This document shows positions 14,928-37,960 of a DNA stretch of 64,000 nt, piece by piece (within the stretch, counting starts at the first letter, position 1; every line of letters begins with the position of its first letter). Origin of the DNA: the human T2T-CHM13v2.0 reference genome, Homo sapiens. Location of the stretch: the NCBI RefSeq assembly GCF_009914755.1, contig NC_060935.1; one strand, written 5' to 3'. The notes under the pieces were generated by a model, which saw only the letters and a list, made by a program, of their open reading frames with translations, was not told the origin of the DNA and ran no database searches. The translations under genes were made by a program, and so were the position numbers.

Positions 14928-17214
14928 AAGTGACCAATTGTTGACAACTGATTCTAAAATGTACATGGAAAGTCACTTTATTTCAAGTGTTGATTCTGAG
15001 AATATTCCCCAATAAATCTCCTGCAGGCAAATTTTGGCCTCACAGCTTGTTTTCTGGAATTCCAACATAGGACAGCGACTTTGCAAAACAGGAAAGCTGA
15101 AAATTCACACAACGTGGTTATTCATTATGACTCAGTAGTTCTACTTCTCCAGAACAACATTATATTAGTCTCAAATACCCATCAATGTGGAATGGATATG
15201 TAAATTTTGGTCTATACACCGAAATGCTATATAAAAATGAAACAAATTATGATTGCACGATTACATGGAAGAAAGTTGTAACTATAACAGTAAGTAAGAG
15301 AAGCAAAACACAAAAGGATATTTAAATAGGATTGCAAAAATTTTAAACTTAGGAAGAAGCAAAACTAAACTACTTTGGTTAGTGATACATACATACATAC
15401 ATACACAGCAAAATTATAAAGTAAAGCAATAAATGGTTACATGGGATGTGGAAAGAGGTTTTTGTGATTCAGAAAGACACAGAGGGCCTCTGGGATGATG
15501 GTGTGCTGTATTTCCTGATGTTAGTTATAGTTACACTAGTGTTTTTCTATGCCATTATAGCGCACATTTATACTTTATGTATTTTGTACATGTGTAAAAA
15601 TTTTACAATAAAAAGCAAAAACAAGAAAAATTTAAAAAATAAATGATTTAAGTAAGATAATTTCCTCATTGCATAAAGGCCAGTTTTGAAACAAAAAAAT
15701 TCCAACAGAATAAAGGAAAATAACTCAACTCATTCCAAAAGGGAACCATATTCATTCCTGTAAATTTCTGTGAACCCTTCCAATAGTTCAAATACTCTAG
15801 AGCAGAGGAGATGAGTTTTTGCAAGAATCAACAGACTCCATCAGGACCTACAAAGCTTTGTTTAGGTTGAACCATTCCAATCTAAACAAATGGAAAGAAC
15901 AATGTTGGATTTTCTTATTGCTGGAAAATACTATCACCTTCCTGGTATTAATGGGAATTTTCAGATGTTGTTTTGTTCATCTTCCTGCCTTTGAAAAGAC
16001 TTAAATTAACATCATCCAAGATTTTTCTGGAAAAATATACATATTAGACATTTTGGGGGTCCAATAATATGTGAGGTTTTGGCTTTTTAAAGTTAAAAAA
16101 TAATGTAAGAGGTCAAAAGGGGTACGCAGGCCCAATATCAATTATTGGCAAGTCACCTCCTATATCAACAATTACAATATTTATTAATTGCCAGAGCCTA
16201 TGAAAATAGCAACAAGCCATTATCAATATATCAAATGCTAATAGAAATATGTAAATTTATTCTAAAGTACACTATACAGAGACATTAAACCATTAAATTC
16301 CTTTGCTTTCTATGAGAATAACAGCACTTTACTGTGGTTTCTGTATGTCAGACTAAATATTTTATTGTCTTTGATGAATTAAAATGGAGAAATTTATTAT
16401 TAAGAGGAAAGTTAAATTTCAATATTTGTTTATGGTATGATTTTAGCTAGATTACTTAATTCCTCTGAGCTTTATTTTAATCTTATATAAAATGATAATA
16501 ATGCCTACCTCACAGGGTCATTTAAAGCTCTTAGTTAAGACAGGAAATAGTAGCTAATACAAGAGCAGGCTCTTGATTAATAGTTGTTACAGTAAGAGTT
16601 TATTATTTTACTAGTATTGTTAATAATAATTATTATTACTTAAATGGTGCTTTGAGGGTAAATCTTTCAAGGCTGGGGTTAATAATAGCAAAAAGGGGAA
16701 TCATTTGGCAATGTGGAATTTGGAACCATGGTCCTACATGGTGTGGTCTCAGGAAATCTCTACTCTCCATTACCACTCCACATCCTGGGTAATGCTTATC
16801 ATTCCACACAAGAGGTTTCACTTCTAGCTAAGAGACCTTGGTGTCTGTTAAAACATAAGTAACTACTTTGGAGAAGTGAAGGTAGTATGACAAAACAACA
16901 AATAGTAGGTATTGGAAAAGGGAAGATAGATAATAAGAGGGAGGAGCAAACATCGTTACTTTAAGCCCACCCGTGGGTTAGGAGAGCAAGACAGAAGAGG
17001 AAAGAGAAAAGCAAAGAACAGTATGGAGCAAGTGTTGATGGTGAATTGGAGACACTGAAGACAAACTGTTCTTGGATGCCTCTGCCAACATTACTTACAA
17101 AGATATCCTTCACATTTCTGTGCCTAAGTGGAACCTGGGAGTACGGCTAACACCGCTGGTTTGTCTTGGTGCTATACCTCAGCCTTGCCCTTGGTCCTCA
17201 GAATAGCATAGAGT

Positions 17215-17340
17215 TATTTTCCAGGAGACATCCCTTCCACTAGAGATTCTCTTAAATGTTTCCTTAGGGAAACAAAAAACAAAAGAAGAAGCAATTATCA
17301 GAAGACAGAATTTTCCATTAATTATTCTCAGGAGAGTTGG
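17215..17340. promoter_or_regulatory. Candidate olfactory promoter/enhancer: clustered O/E (Ebf) and homeodomain (Lhx2) sites
   Basis: TTCCAGGAGA 17219-17228, TCCTTAGGGA 17261-17270, and TAATTA(17319-17324)-T-TCTCAGGAGA(17326-17335); unique sequence 4.5 kb upstream of the pseudogene ATG. Confidence 0.5.
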
Positions 17341-17425
17341 ATAAGGAAAATGAGTGGGAAATGTTCTCAGCTGGTCCCATCCGACCGTCTTTTATGGGCC
17401 CTTCGTGAACCAATTAAGAGTTCTG

Positions 17426-21722
<4,297 letters not shown>

Positions 21723-22878
21723 CTTTTTTGTAATCCTTATTTATTTTTATTTTTTTCAATTATACTTTAAGTTCTAGTGTACATGTGCACAACCTGCAGG
21801 TTTGTTACGTATGTATACCTGTGCCATGTTGGTTGCTGCACCCATTAATTCATCATTCATGTTAGGTATATCTCCTAATGCTATCCCACCGTACCTCAGG
21901 ACAGGCCCCAGTGTGTGATGTTCCCCACCCTGTGTCCAAGTGTTCTCATTGTTCAATTCCCACCTATGAGGGAGAACATGTGGTGTGTTTGGTTTTTTGT
22001 CCTTGTGATAAATTGCTCAGAATGATGGTTTCCAGCTTCATCCTTGTCCCTACAAAGGACATGAACTAATCATTTTTTATGGCTGCATAGTATTCCATGG
22101 TATATATGTGCCACATTTTCTTAATCCAGTCTATCATTGATGGACATTTGGGTTAGTTCCAAGTCTTTGCTATTGTGAATAGTGCCACAATAAAAATACG
22201 GGTGCATGTGTCTTTATAGCAGCATGATTTACAATCCTTTGGGTATATACCCAGTAATGGGATGGCTGGGTCAAATGGTATTTCCAGTTCTAGATCCTTG
22301 AGGAATTGCCACACTGACTTCCACAATGGTTGAACTAGTTTATAGTCCCACCAACAGTGTAAAAGCATTCCTGTTTCTCCACATCCTCTCCAGCACCCGT
22401 TGTCTCCTGACTTTTTAATGATCACCATTCTAATAGGTGTGAGATGGTATCTCATGGTGATTTTGATTTGCACTTCTCTGATGGCCAGTGATGATGAGCA
22501 TTTTTTCATGTGTCTATTGGCTGCATAAATGTTTTCTTTTGAGAAGTGTCTGTTCACATCCTTCACCCACTTTTTGATGGGGTTGTTTGATTTTTTCTTG
22601 TAAATTTGTTTAAGTTCTTTGTAGACTGTGGATATTAGCCCTTTGTCAGATGGGTAGATTGTAAAACTTTTCTCCCATTCTGTAGGTTGCCTGTTCACTC
22701 TGATGGTAGTTTCTTTTGCTGTGCAAAAGCTCTTTAGTTTAATAGATCCCATTCCTCAATTTTGGCTTCTGTTGTCATTGTTTTCGGTGTTTTAGTCATG
22801 AAGTCCTTGCCCATGCCTATGTCCTGAATGGTATTGCCTAGGTTTTCTTCTAGGGTTTTTATGGTTTTAGGTCTAACA
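21723..22878 (-). mobile_element. L1PA 3' 1.1 kb (L1PA5/6-like)
   Basis: T-rich tail, L1PA 3'UTR, and ORF2 C-terminal cysteine-rich peptide at 22153-22752. Confidence 0.95.
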
Positions 22879-29022
<6,144 letters not shown>

Positions 29023-31048
29023 TCTGTTTTCTCTATTCTTGTCTGACTGTCTTATTTCAGAAAGCCAGTCTTCAAGCTCTGAGATTCTTCTTCTGCTTTG
29101 CCTATTCTGCTATTAATATTTGTGATTGCATTATGAAATTATTGTAATGTGTTCTTAGCTCTATCATGTCAATTATATGCTTTTCTATACTGGCTAGTTT
29201 GTCTGTTAGCTCTTGCATCATTTTATTGTGATTCTTATCTTCCTTGGTTTGGGATTCAACATACCCCTGCATCTCAATGACCTTTGTTCCTATCCATACT
29301 TTTAATTCTAGTTCACTCATTTCAGCTATCTCAACCCTGTTCATAACCCTTGCTGGAGAGGTGGTGTAGTCATTTGGAGAAGAGAAGGCACTCTGACTTT
29401 TTGATTGTCAGAGGTCTTCTGCTGGTCCTTTCTCATCTTTGTGGGCTGATGTTCCTTCAATCTTTGATGTTGCTGACTTTTCAATTGATTTTTTATCCTA
29501 TTTGGTGACCTTGAGGTTTTCATGGAAGTATAAGGTGAAGTCAACCAACTGGCTTCATTTTTGGAAGATTTTAGGGAGCCAACACTCGGCTACCAATTCC
29601 TGGACTGCATAATCTAACTCTGGGGCACTTGTATTGGGCCCTGACTTTGTTCTCTGGCTTCTTGAAGTTAAGAATCCCCTATGCTGAGGGGACAGAGGTG
29701 CTTCCAGACTGTTGGTCACTACACTCTGATGGGTGGTGTCAGCCAAAGCACTTCATAGTGCATTGGCAGTGGGATCTGTCCTCATTCTCACATGTGAGCA
29801 GCAAGAGCAGCAACACTACAATGGGGTACACACTCATTGGCTGTGGCAGGGTACTAGCAGGTGCCAGGTTACTTGTCTCCATATGGGTGTTACTCACAGT
29901 GGCAGAGGCAGAATGGCTCTGGGGGCATTGGGGCACCTGATGGTGACTGTGCACATGGTCATGCTGCTGGTGGTGTTAGAACAGGGACAAGTCATTGGTG
30001 GGCACAGGTCTGTGTATTTTCACTGAGTGCTGCAGGCAGCAGTGGTCACTCTGGACAATGGAGTGTCCACTGTCCTCTGTGCCTACTTTCACTCTCATGG
30101 AAGTCTTGGTGCAAGGGTAGGGTCCTGGTGGGGCAGGGATGTCTGGCTCTGTGTCTCCCAAGGCTCCTACTGCAATGGTGGTCAGGTAGGGGAAAAGGGG
30201 AGGTGTGCACTCCCACCACAATAGTGGCAGGGCAAAGTGCACACACATAGGTGTGCTGGTGAGGCAAGGAAGGCAAAACCCACTAGGCACACCTGCACTG
30301 AAAAAGCGATGTTGGGGGTTGCTATGAACACAGGGGAAGCTGCAGTTTGGGGAGGGAGTAGGCAGGCTGATGTATGGCAGTAGGGGCTGTCTCTCTTGAG
30401 TTCTCTGCTGGTTGAGCATGATCTGCCAGCACAGAAGCTGTAATGTGAACCCCTAGGGCACCCAAGGCTTTCCTGAAAGCCAGCCTGGAGTTCTGCAAGA
30501 GGCCAGCAAACCAAGGTGCTCAGGTCAAACCAGACCCATCTGATAGGCACAACCACACTGCAGAGTTCAGGTCCAACAGTTCCACTAGGGCTAAATTCTC
30601 TTATGGAAGCAAGCCCAGCCAAGGGAGATGAGCTTCTCTCACCCTGCTCCACTACAGATGCTTCCACATTATATCCTCTGGGTTCTGCTTCAGCTGGAAT
30701 CCTGCCCCTATCGCTTCTCTAAACATCTCTCACAGCCAACTCAAGCATCTGTAGTGGTCAAGGGGTCTCCTCCTTTTGGGATTCCCAAGGCCCATGGTGT
30801 GAGTGGGTTGCTCCTGGCCACTTCAACTCACCCATTCCCCTTGGATCACTGGGAGCCAGAAACAAGTCCTGGTGCATGGTAACCAGGTGCAGTGTTCCCA
30901 GCTTCCTCCCCCTTCAAGTCACCTTCTGTGTCTTCCCTCTGTCCACTCTCAGTGCCTTCCCTCTGTAGATCTGTTAGGAGTATGCCAGTCATCTTGGTCT
31001 CTCAGTGACAGCTGTTCCACCTGACTGTGTCTAGTTGGCCTTCTTGTG
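29023..31048 (-). mobile_element. 5'UTR and ORF1 start of an older L1 (L1PA13-16/L1PB-like)
   Basis: ORF1-like peptide at 29102-29344; 5' terminus CAAGAAGGCCAACTAGACACAG on the minus strand near 31045. Confidence 0.82.
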
Positions 31049-31054
31049 CTCTCT

Positions 31055-34000
31055 GCAGTTTGCTAGTATTTCATTGAAGATTTTTGTATCAAAATTCTAG
31101 TTGCATCAGAGGTATTTGGCCAAAGTTTTCCTTTCATGTAGTGTCTTTGTCTGACTTATGTACCAAGGTAATGCTGACCTCATAAAGTGTGTTTGAAAGT
31201 ATTTTCTCTGTCTTTCTTTTTTAGATGAGTTTGAGAAGTATTGGTAATAATTCTTCTCTGAATGTTTGGTAGAATTCAGCTATGAAACCATCTAGACCCA
31301 GGCTTTTCTTTGTTGGAAGGTTTTTAATTACTACTTCAGTTTATTTGTCGTTGGTCTGTTTAGGCTTTCTATTTCTTCCTGGTTCCATCTTGGTAGGTTA
31401 TACTTTTCCAGGATTTTATCCACTTCCTCTAGTGTTATCCAACTTGTTGGCACATAATTGTTCATAATTGTTCCTTTTATTTCTGAGGTGTCTGATGTAA
31501 TGTCTCCATTTTCATTTATGATTTTATTTATTTGAGTTTTCTCTTTTTTCTGTTACTCTAGTTAAGGGTTTGTCAATTTTGTTTATTTCAAAGAAGCAAC
31601 CTTTGTTTTATCAATTTTTTCCTATGGTGTTTCTGTTTTTTATTTATTTAATTTATTTCTGTTCTAATATTTATTATATCCTTTCTTCTGCTGAGCTTGA
31701 GTTTAGTTTGTTTTCTTATCTAGTTCCTTGAAGCATAATATTAGGTTATGTATTTGGGATCTTTTTTAATGTAGTCATTTATTGCTATAAACATCTCTCT
31801 TAGAAATGTTTCTGCTGTATCCCACAGGTTTTGTCATGTTGTACTTCCATTGTTTTTTGTCTCAAAATATTTAAATTCTCTTTTGATTTCTTCTGTGAGC
31901 TATTAGTTGTTCAGGATCATGTTGCTTAATTTTCACGTATTTCTGAATTTTCCAAAATTCCTCCTGTTAATGATTTCTAGTTTCATACTGTTGTGGTCAG
32001 AAACAATACTAAATATAATTTCAATATTCTTGAAGTTGTCAAGACTTGTCTCATGGCCTAACATTTGGTCTATCCTGAAGAATGTTTCATGTGCACTAGA
32101 GAATGTTTATTATGCTGCTGTTGAATGGAAAGTTTTGTATATGTCTGTTAGGCCCATTTGGTCTGAAGCAAAATTCAAGTCCAATATTTCCTTGTTTATT
32201 TTTTCTCTGGTTGACCTATCCATTATTGAAAGTGGAGTATTGGAGTTCCCTACTATTCTTGCATTGCTATCCATTTCTTTCTTATGTCCATTAATATTTG
32301 CTCTATATATGTAGGTACTCCAATCTTGGGTTCATATATATTTACAATTGTTATGTTTCCTTGATGAATTGATTGCTTTATTACTAAATAATGACCTTCT
32401 TTGTCTCTCGTGAAAATTTTTGATTTGAAGTCTATTTTACATTATGTAAGTATAGCCACTTCTGTTCTCTTTAGGTTACTATTTGCATAAAATATCTTTT
32501 TTCATTCTTTCATTTTCTGCCTGTGTGTCTGTAAGCTAAAATGGCAAGCTTTGAACACTTATGTTATTAAATAAGACTTCTGTGACTTTTTCTCTTCTCT
32601 TTACGGGCCTTCCATAATCAAAAAAAAAGTTTACTTAATGATATTCCATAAGTCCTGTAGGCTGTCTTCCCTCTTTTTTTTTTCTTTTTGCTTTTTTCCC
32701 CCATGATTGGATTATTTCAAATGACCTGTGTTCAACTTCACATATTCTTTTTTGCTTGGTCAAGTATGCTGTTGAAGACTTCAATTGTATTTTTAATTGC
32801 ATTCATTCAGTTTTTTAGCCCCAAGATTTGTGTGTGTTTTTTTCTTAATGGTATCTATCTCTTTGTTGAACTTCTCATTTAGATGATAAATTGTGCTCCT
32901 GATTTTATTGAATTATATATCTATATTGTCCTGTACCTTGCTAACTTTCCTTAAGATCTCTATTTTAAATTTATTTTCAGCCAATTCGTAAGTTTTTATT
33001 TCTCTGGAGTCAGTTACCAAAACTTTACCATGTTACTTTGGTGGTGTTATGTTTCCTTGCCTTTTCATGTTTCCTGTGTCCCTGCATTGATGTCTGAGCA
33101 TCTGGTAGAGCAGTCACTTATTCCAAATTTATAGTTTATGTAGAGTTTCACCTGAAGATGGGTCCTAGGGTGTCAGTTGGGAGGGTGTGTTGGCTCTGGT
33201 GCTGGATGAGCCCAGTAGTGTAGTCTGTGTGAAGCTTCTTTAGCTATGGTTAACATCAGTAATGACTACAGGTACCTCAGTGGCCTAGGATGCAGGTATT
33301 TTGGGCAATGGTTTTGGCACTGAAGATTATTAGAGTTTTAGTGGCAAAGGTGTTAAGAGTCGTCCTGTTCTTATTTTCCCCATAGTGAAGAACCTTAGCT
33401 GAGAGAATCACTCATGGTATTGAGTCTGACATGGATCACAAGCAGACTCACTGAAACTGTGTAACGGTATTTCCAATGGCTGTGGACCTGGGATTCTGTG
33501 CTCAGTGTCTTGCTGAACTACTGTGGCACCTGTAATGTGGGCTCAGGTTCCCTCTCTGGAACATAGGTAAACACAGCTCTCCAACAAATCTAGGGGCTGT
33601 GACTCTGAGGCATTGCCCAATAGCCTAGTCCCAAAAAGCAGGGATGTAGCTGTGACTCTGATCCTGGGAATCAGGCTACAGCACTGACACAGCTCTAAGG
33701 AAGAAGGGGTGTTCCAGAGGCTCAAGCCATGGCTAGCAGGGCACAACAGTCAGTCCCCACACTAATGGGGCACAGTATCAACTTGGGCACCAGGGGAGTG
33801 GGTATCTTGTAGTGATGACTCTGGAAGTAGGAAAAGGCAGTAGCCTAGGCTCCATAAGGCTCGGTGCAGCAGCAGCAAGAACTCAGGAATGATGGGGTAG
33901 AGCTGTGATTTATTCTCTGGGGCTTGAGGAGCAGGGCAACAATGGTCCTACTCCCTAGGGAGGCAGGGAGCCTCAGCATGTCAGATTCTGGAAGGGAATC

Positions 34001-35200
34001 AGATTCAGGGAGGTGGGGATCTGTGGCTGTTTGACCCAGACAGCAGGAGTCACAGCTCAGCCAAGGCTCTGTTTCCCTGGAGACCGGGACACCACATCAG
34101 TTCAGGTGCCTGGGAGGTGGCTGCTTCACTGGGCCCTAGGCCTGGGGCCCCACAGGGCTGGGTGTGTGACTAATCCACAGGGCCAGGATTGCTGGTCCCC
34201 AAAGGACAGGATTCTGTCTTGACTCAGGCAGGGTGGCTCTGCTATACTGGACTCTGGGTCGCCAAGAGACAGGCACCACGTGAGCTTAGTTACTCGGGTA
34301 CAGTTGCTCTGCTATAGGGGCAGAAGGTCAGATTCCTGAAGGAGCAGAAGCCACTAGGCAGAGGTGCAGGCCTGTGACTGCTCCACTGGGCCTGAACTTC
34401 TGGTTCCTGGCAGGCAACATGCCACATCAGCTTGGGCACCTGGGGCATGTGGCTTCTCTGCTGGGCACAGGCTTTGAGTAGCCAAGGGATGAAATGTAGC
34501 AGCAAATGGGATAGGGGAGATTGTCAGGTTGTTCCCAGACAGTATGAAGCTGCATCAGCTTGTTCCTAGGGCATAGGAAGATTAAGCAGCTTGTTCTTAG
34601 GTGACAGGTAGCTGCAGCAGCTCAGCTGGTAAAAGGTGCACTGCCGTGTGTGTGCACTGCCGTGTGTGAGCAATAATGGCAGAACCTGAGGGATGAAGGG
34701 GTGCAGTGGCTATGGGCCCTTGGAACAATAGCTCCAGTTTCAGGATTGCACAGTAGCAGTTTGGACCGCAGAGAGTGCATATGAGATGGGCTCCACCTCT
34801 GGAGTCGTACAGCCTTTGGAACTCCAGGCAGCCTAAGCTGGGCACAGGGCCTATGAGGACTGCAGGACTCATAAGTAGTGAAAACTGTAGGTGTCCATGA
34901 CAGTGATGGGGGCTGCTGTGGCCTTCTGCTTACCTTTTCCTCACTGGGAGAAACCCACTCCTGGTTCCGAGCTGATCCCCACTGGAGGGAATGGGTGGCA
35001 GAAGCAAGGTGGTTTCTTCCTGCTCTAGGTGGCCATCCTGAGTTACTGTACACTGCAAAATTTCCACCACTCCCTTGCTGTACTCCCGCATTCTCCTTTA
35101 GTCAGTCTGGTCAAATTGTGGCTGCTTGTTGTTTTGGTACTTTTTTATGGGGGTGATGAACAGTAGCCACCTGTAATTGACCATCTTGCTAACATTACTC
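31055..35200 (-). mobile_element. L1M-type 5' half (long 5'UTR, ORF1 part, ORF2 endonuclease region) with internal deletion near 32545
   Basis: T-rich antisense ORF2 text at 31055-32540, ORF1-like at 32560-33100, and AGCAAGATGG 5' end near 35190. Confidence 0.75.
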
Positions 35201-35329
35201 TGAATCTGTTCATTTATTTTATTTTTAATTGTTAAGCATTTATTTATATTCCAATACAAATAAAATAACACAATGTATAAAATAAAATATTTACATCCAA
35301 GCAAAGACAGGAAGAGAGTAAGTGAATGA

Positions 35330-35548
35330 AAGAGAGAAATAGAGAAGAGGAGAAGAGGGCATGAAAGGGGAGTGAAGAAGAGAGGAGAGGAGAGGGGAGG
35401 GGAGGGAAGGGAAAGGGAGGGAAGGGAAGGGGAGGGGACGGAAGGGAAAGGGAGGGGAGGGGAGGGAAGGGGAGGGGAGGGGAGGGGGGGAGGGGAGGGG
35501 AGGGAAGGGAAGGGGAGGGGAGGGGGGGAGGGGAGGGGAGGGGAGGGG
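35330..35548. repeat. Polypurine tract / (GGGGA)n-(GGGAA)n simple repeat
   Basis: About 200 nt almost purely G/A on the + strand. Confidence 0.95.
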
Positions 35549-36348
35549 ACCAAGGTGCAGGAGGGCAATATTTGTTTGGGTTTATTCCCAAATAACCCAG
35601 TTCCTTCCACCTTACCCTTTGAGTCCACAGAAGGAGGTAAATTTTTTTTTAAAAAAAGTAGGGGAGAAAAAAATGGTAGGTGGAAAGGGCCACTTTTAAG
35701 GTGAAGAGTTGGGGAGATTTCTAGAGGTGCAAGGAAGTCAAAGCCAGCAATTTCTTGGCAAAGGTACACCTGGAGCATGCTTCATGGTAGCCTCCCAGAG
35801 ACTGCGCAAAACCTCAGAAATGATGGCTATCATGGTATGTGTAGCGAGGATGGACCCAAGTACCTGAGGCCTGAGCCTCCCAGGGATTCCAGGGCCTTAA
35901 GTTTGACCAGGGAGCAGCAGAAGCACCAGATCTAGGGGTATCATGGAGGCTCGGAGACTGACCGAGATAACTTTTTTAAATGTGTAAGAGATATTTCTCT
36001 AGTCTAGAGTTTATGTACTAAATTTCATTGATATTACATTAGCATTTATACAACATTTTACAACACTTCATGTAGTTGCATCACATAGATTTGATTTTTC
36101 CTATACCCACATGAGATTGGCAGGTGAGAAATTATCCCGATTGCAGATGGAATATTTAGGTATACTGAGGCCTGTCATCCTCTTCTCATTGTAGGTAACA
36201 ATATATCTCGAACCTCACAAAGTGTGAGTTATGGAATATAATAGTTCTTATTGGTCCAAAATAATCCCACTATTGGTTAGCCACTGTGCCTAAACTCCAT
36301 ACTTTTGGTGTTATTCTTAAAAATAACAGCAAATCTTAAGAAGCTATT

Positions 36349-36581
36349 TATTTTAAGATTCCACATATAAGTGAAATCTATAGTTAATACTATTGTACTT
36401 AGGGTTTTTGCTAAATGAGACTTTAGCTGCCCTTGCCACACACACACACACAAACTGGGTAACTATGTGCAATGATGGATATGTTAATTTGCTTCACTAT
36501 AGTAACCACTTTACTGTCGATATGTATGTTATAACATCATGTTGTACACTTTGATTATATACAATAAAATTTATTTTTTTA
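36349..36581 (+). mobile_element. Tiny 5'-inverted L1M 3'-end insertion with TSD
   Basis: Antisense piece AAGATTCCACATATAAGTGAAATC followed by sense 3'UTR ending AATAAA; flanks AAGAAGCTATT (36338-36348) and AAAAAGCTATT (36582-36592). Confidence 0.7.
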
Positions 36582-36959
36582 AAAAAGCTATTCAGTTTAA
36601 GGGATTGTATTCTTATAGTCCTTATGGGAGGAAAACATATCAGTACTCATTCATTAACAAGAGTTAGATCATTAACTTATTGCCACCACCCATCCATTTC
36701 TTCCTTTAAGTAAGATTTGCTGAGGTAGATCAAACTGAGAATGGGACCTTGTCCAAAACATTTCTATATCCCTTGCAACTGCAAAGATAAATGAGCTTCC
36801 TCTCCCCACCCCCAAATAAACCCAAAATGTTTGTAGAAATGACCATAAGTAGATATTTTTAATGAAGAATTTTAACAAAGGATAGAAATACAGCATAATA
36901 TGTTGGAAAGATCTCCAAATCAAAACATGTAAGTTATATCTACTATTAAACAGAAAGCA

Positions 36960-37170
36960 TGATTTATACTACATACTCTGATAAGTGCTTTATAGTCTTT
37001 ATCCAATTTAATTCTCAATGAAAACCTACCCTGTGAAGTAGCTATTACTGTTAGCCCCATTTTACAGGTGAAAACACTGAGGCTTAGAGAGGTTAATTTG
37101 CTCAAGGTCACACAAGTAGCAAGTGGCCAGCCAAAATTCAACCCAAATTGTATGATATCAATACCCACAG
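36960..37170. mobile_element. MIR
   Basis: MIR core CCCCATTTTACAGGTGAAAACACTGAGGCTTAGAGAGGTTAATTTGCTCAAGGTCACACAAG. Confidence 0.88.
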
Positions 37171-37549
37171 TCATAACCATGAGAAGCCATGGCTTTGTTA
37201 TGAATTAATCTTATTGTATTCCTTAGTGCCTCAATTTCCTCACTTATGCATGGGAAATAATGCCATGTCTGCCTTGCAGGACTGCTGTGATAATTGACTC
37301 AAGTCAGGTATTTGAGGAAATATGTATGTAATTGCCTAGAATGAAAGTGTTTTGTAAGCAGAGAAGCATGCACATATCAAATTTATTGCTATCAAGCTAT
37401 ATTACTGGCTAGGGCGTCATCTTGGGCAAACTCTTCAGCACTCTGGTCTCAGATTTTTCACCCAGAAATTGAGAGTTTTGGACTAGATGGTCCCTATCTT
37501 CTTTCCAACTCCAATGACTTCAAGTTTTGTAAAAAGTTGCAATCCTGAC

Positions 37550-37960
37550 ATCATGATAAGACGATAGGGAAATAGGGAATTGACCCACATAGCAAAGTGG
37601 GGCGTGAGATCAGCAGGGACAAAAACTCCATGACAACCATGGCACCAGAGAGCAAGTACCTGGCATGCTTTCTCTCTCTAATTGGCTTTTCTCCTTTCAT
37701 CTCTGCTCTCAGAGACACATTTAAAATGATCCCCACTTGAGGCCATCTCTCTTGCTGTGAGTGGACAGCCAATTTTGTGGTCAAACATGCCCATCTTGGA
37801 GTGTGATACGCCCACCTGAAAAATTCCATTGGAAAAGAAATAAGCAATTTCAACCTTTGGCAAGAACCCTGTCTTCTTGGAGGACCTGGGTAAAGGTCAC
37901 AGGACAAGACTTAGAACAGTGGATTCTGTACCGTCTCAATATCCATGTAATTCTTCCAGT
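37550..37960 (+). promoter_or_regulatory. Probable OR5AN1 promoter / first non-coding exon region
   Basis: Unique sequence 5.3-5.8 kb upstream of the ATG, well conserved with the inverted paralogous block at 58.3-58.7 kb; homeodomain core CTAATTG near 37678; candidate GT donors at 37890 and 37959. Inferred from typical OR gene architecture. Confidence 0.5.

Noticed and set aside
29555-31024. Dense overlapping ORFs in GC-richer sequence (also at 33.5-35.1 kb and 46.1-47.6 kb)
   Set aside because: L1 5'UTR sequence with few stop codons; no recognisable protein motifs.
35098-35778. 226-aa Pro-rich ORF and overlapping Gly/Glu/Arg-rich ORFs
   Set aside because: These are translations of the (GGGGA)n simple repeat; there is no other coding evidence.
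37551-37907. 118-aa ORF similar to ORF 58483-58686 (KGEKPI...RYLLSG), suggesting a small protein family
   Set aside because: The similarity follows from the non-coding inverted duplication; starts, lengths and frames are not conserved.
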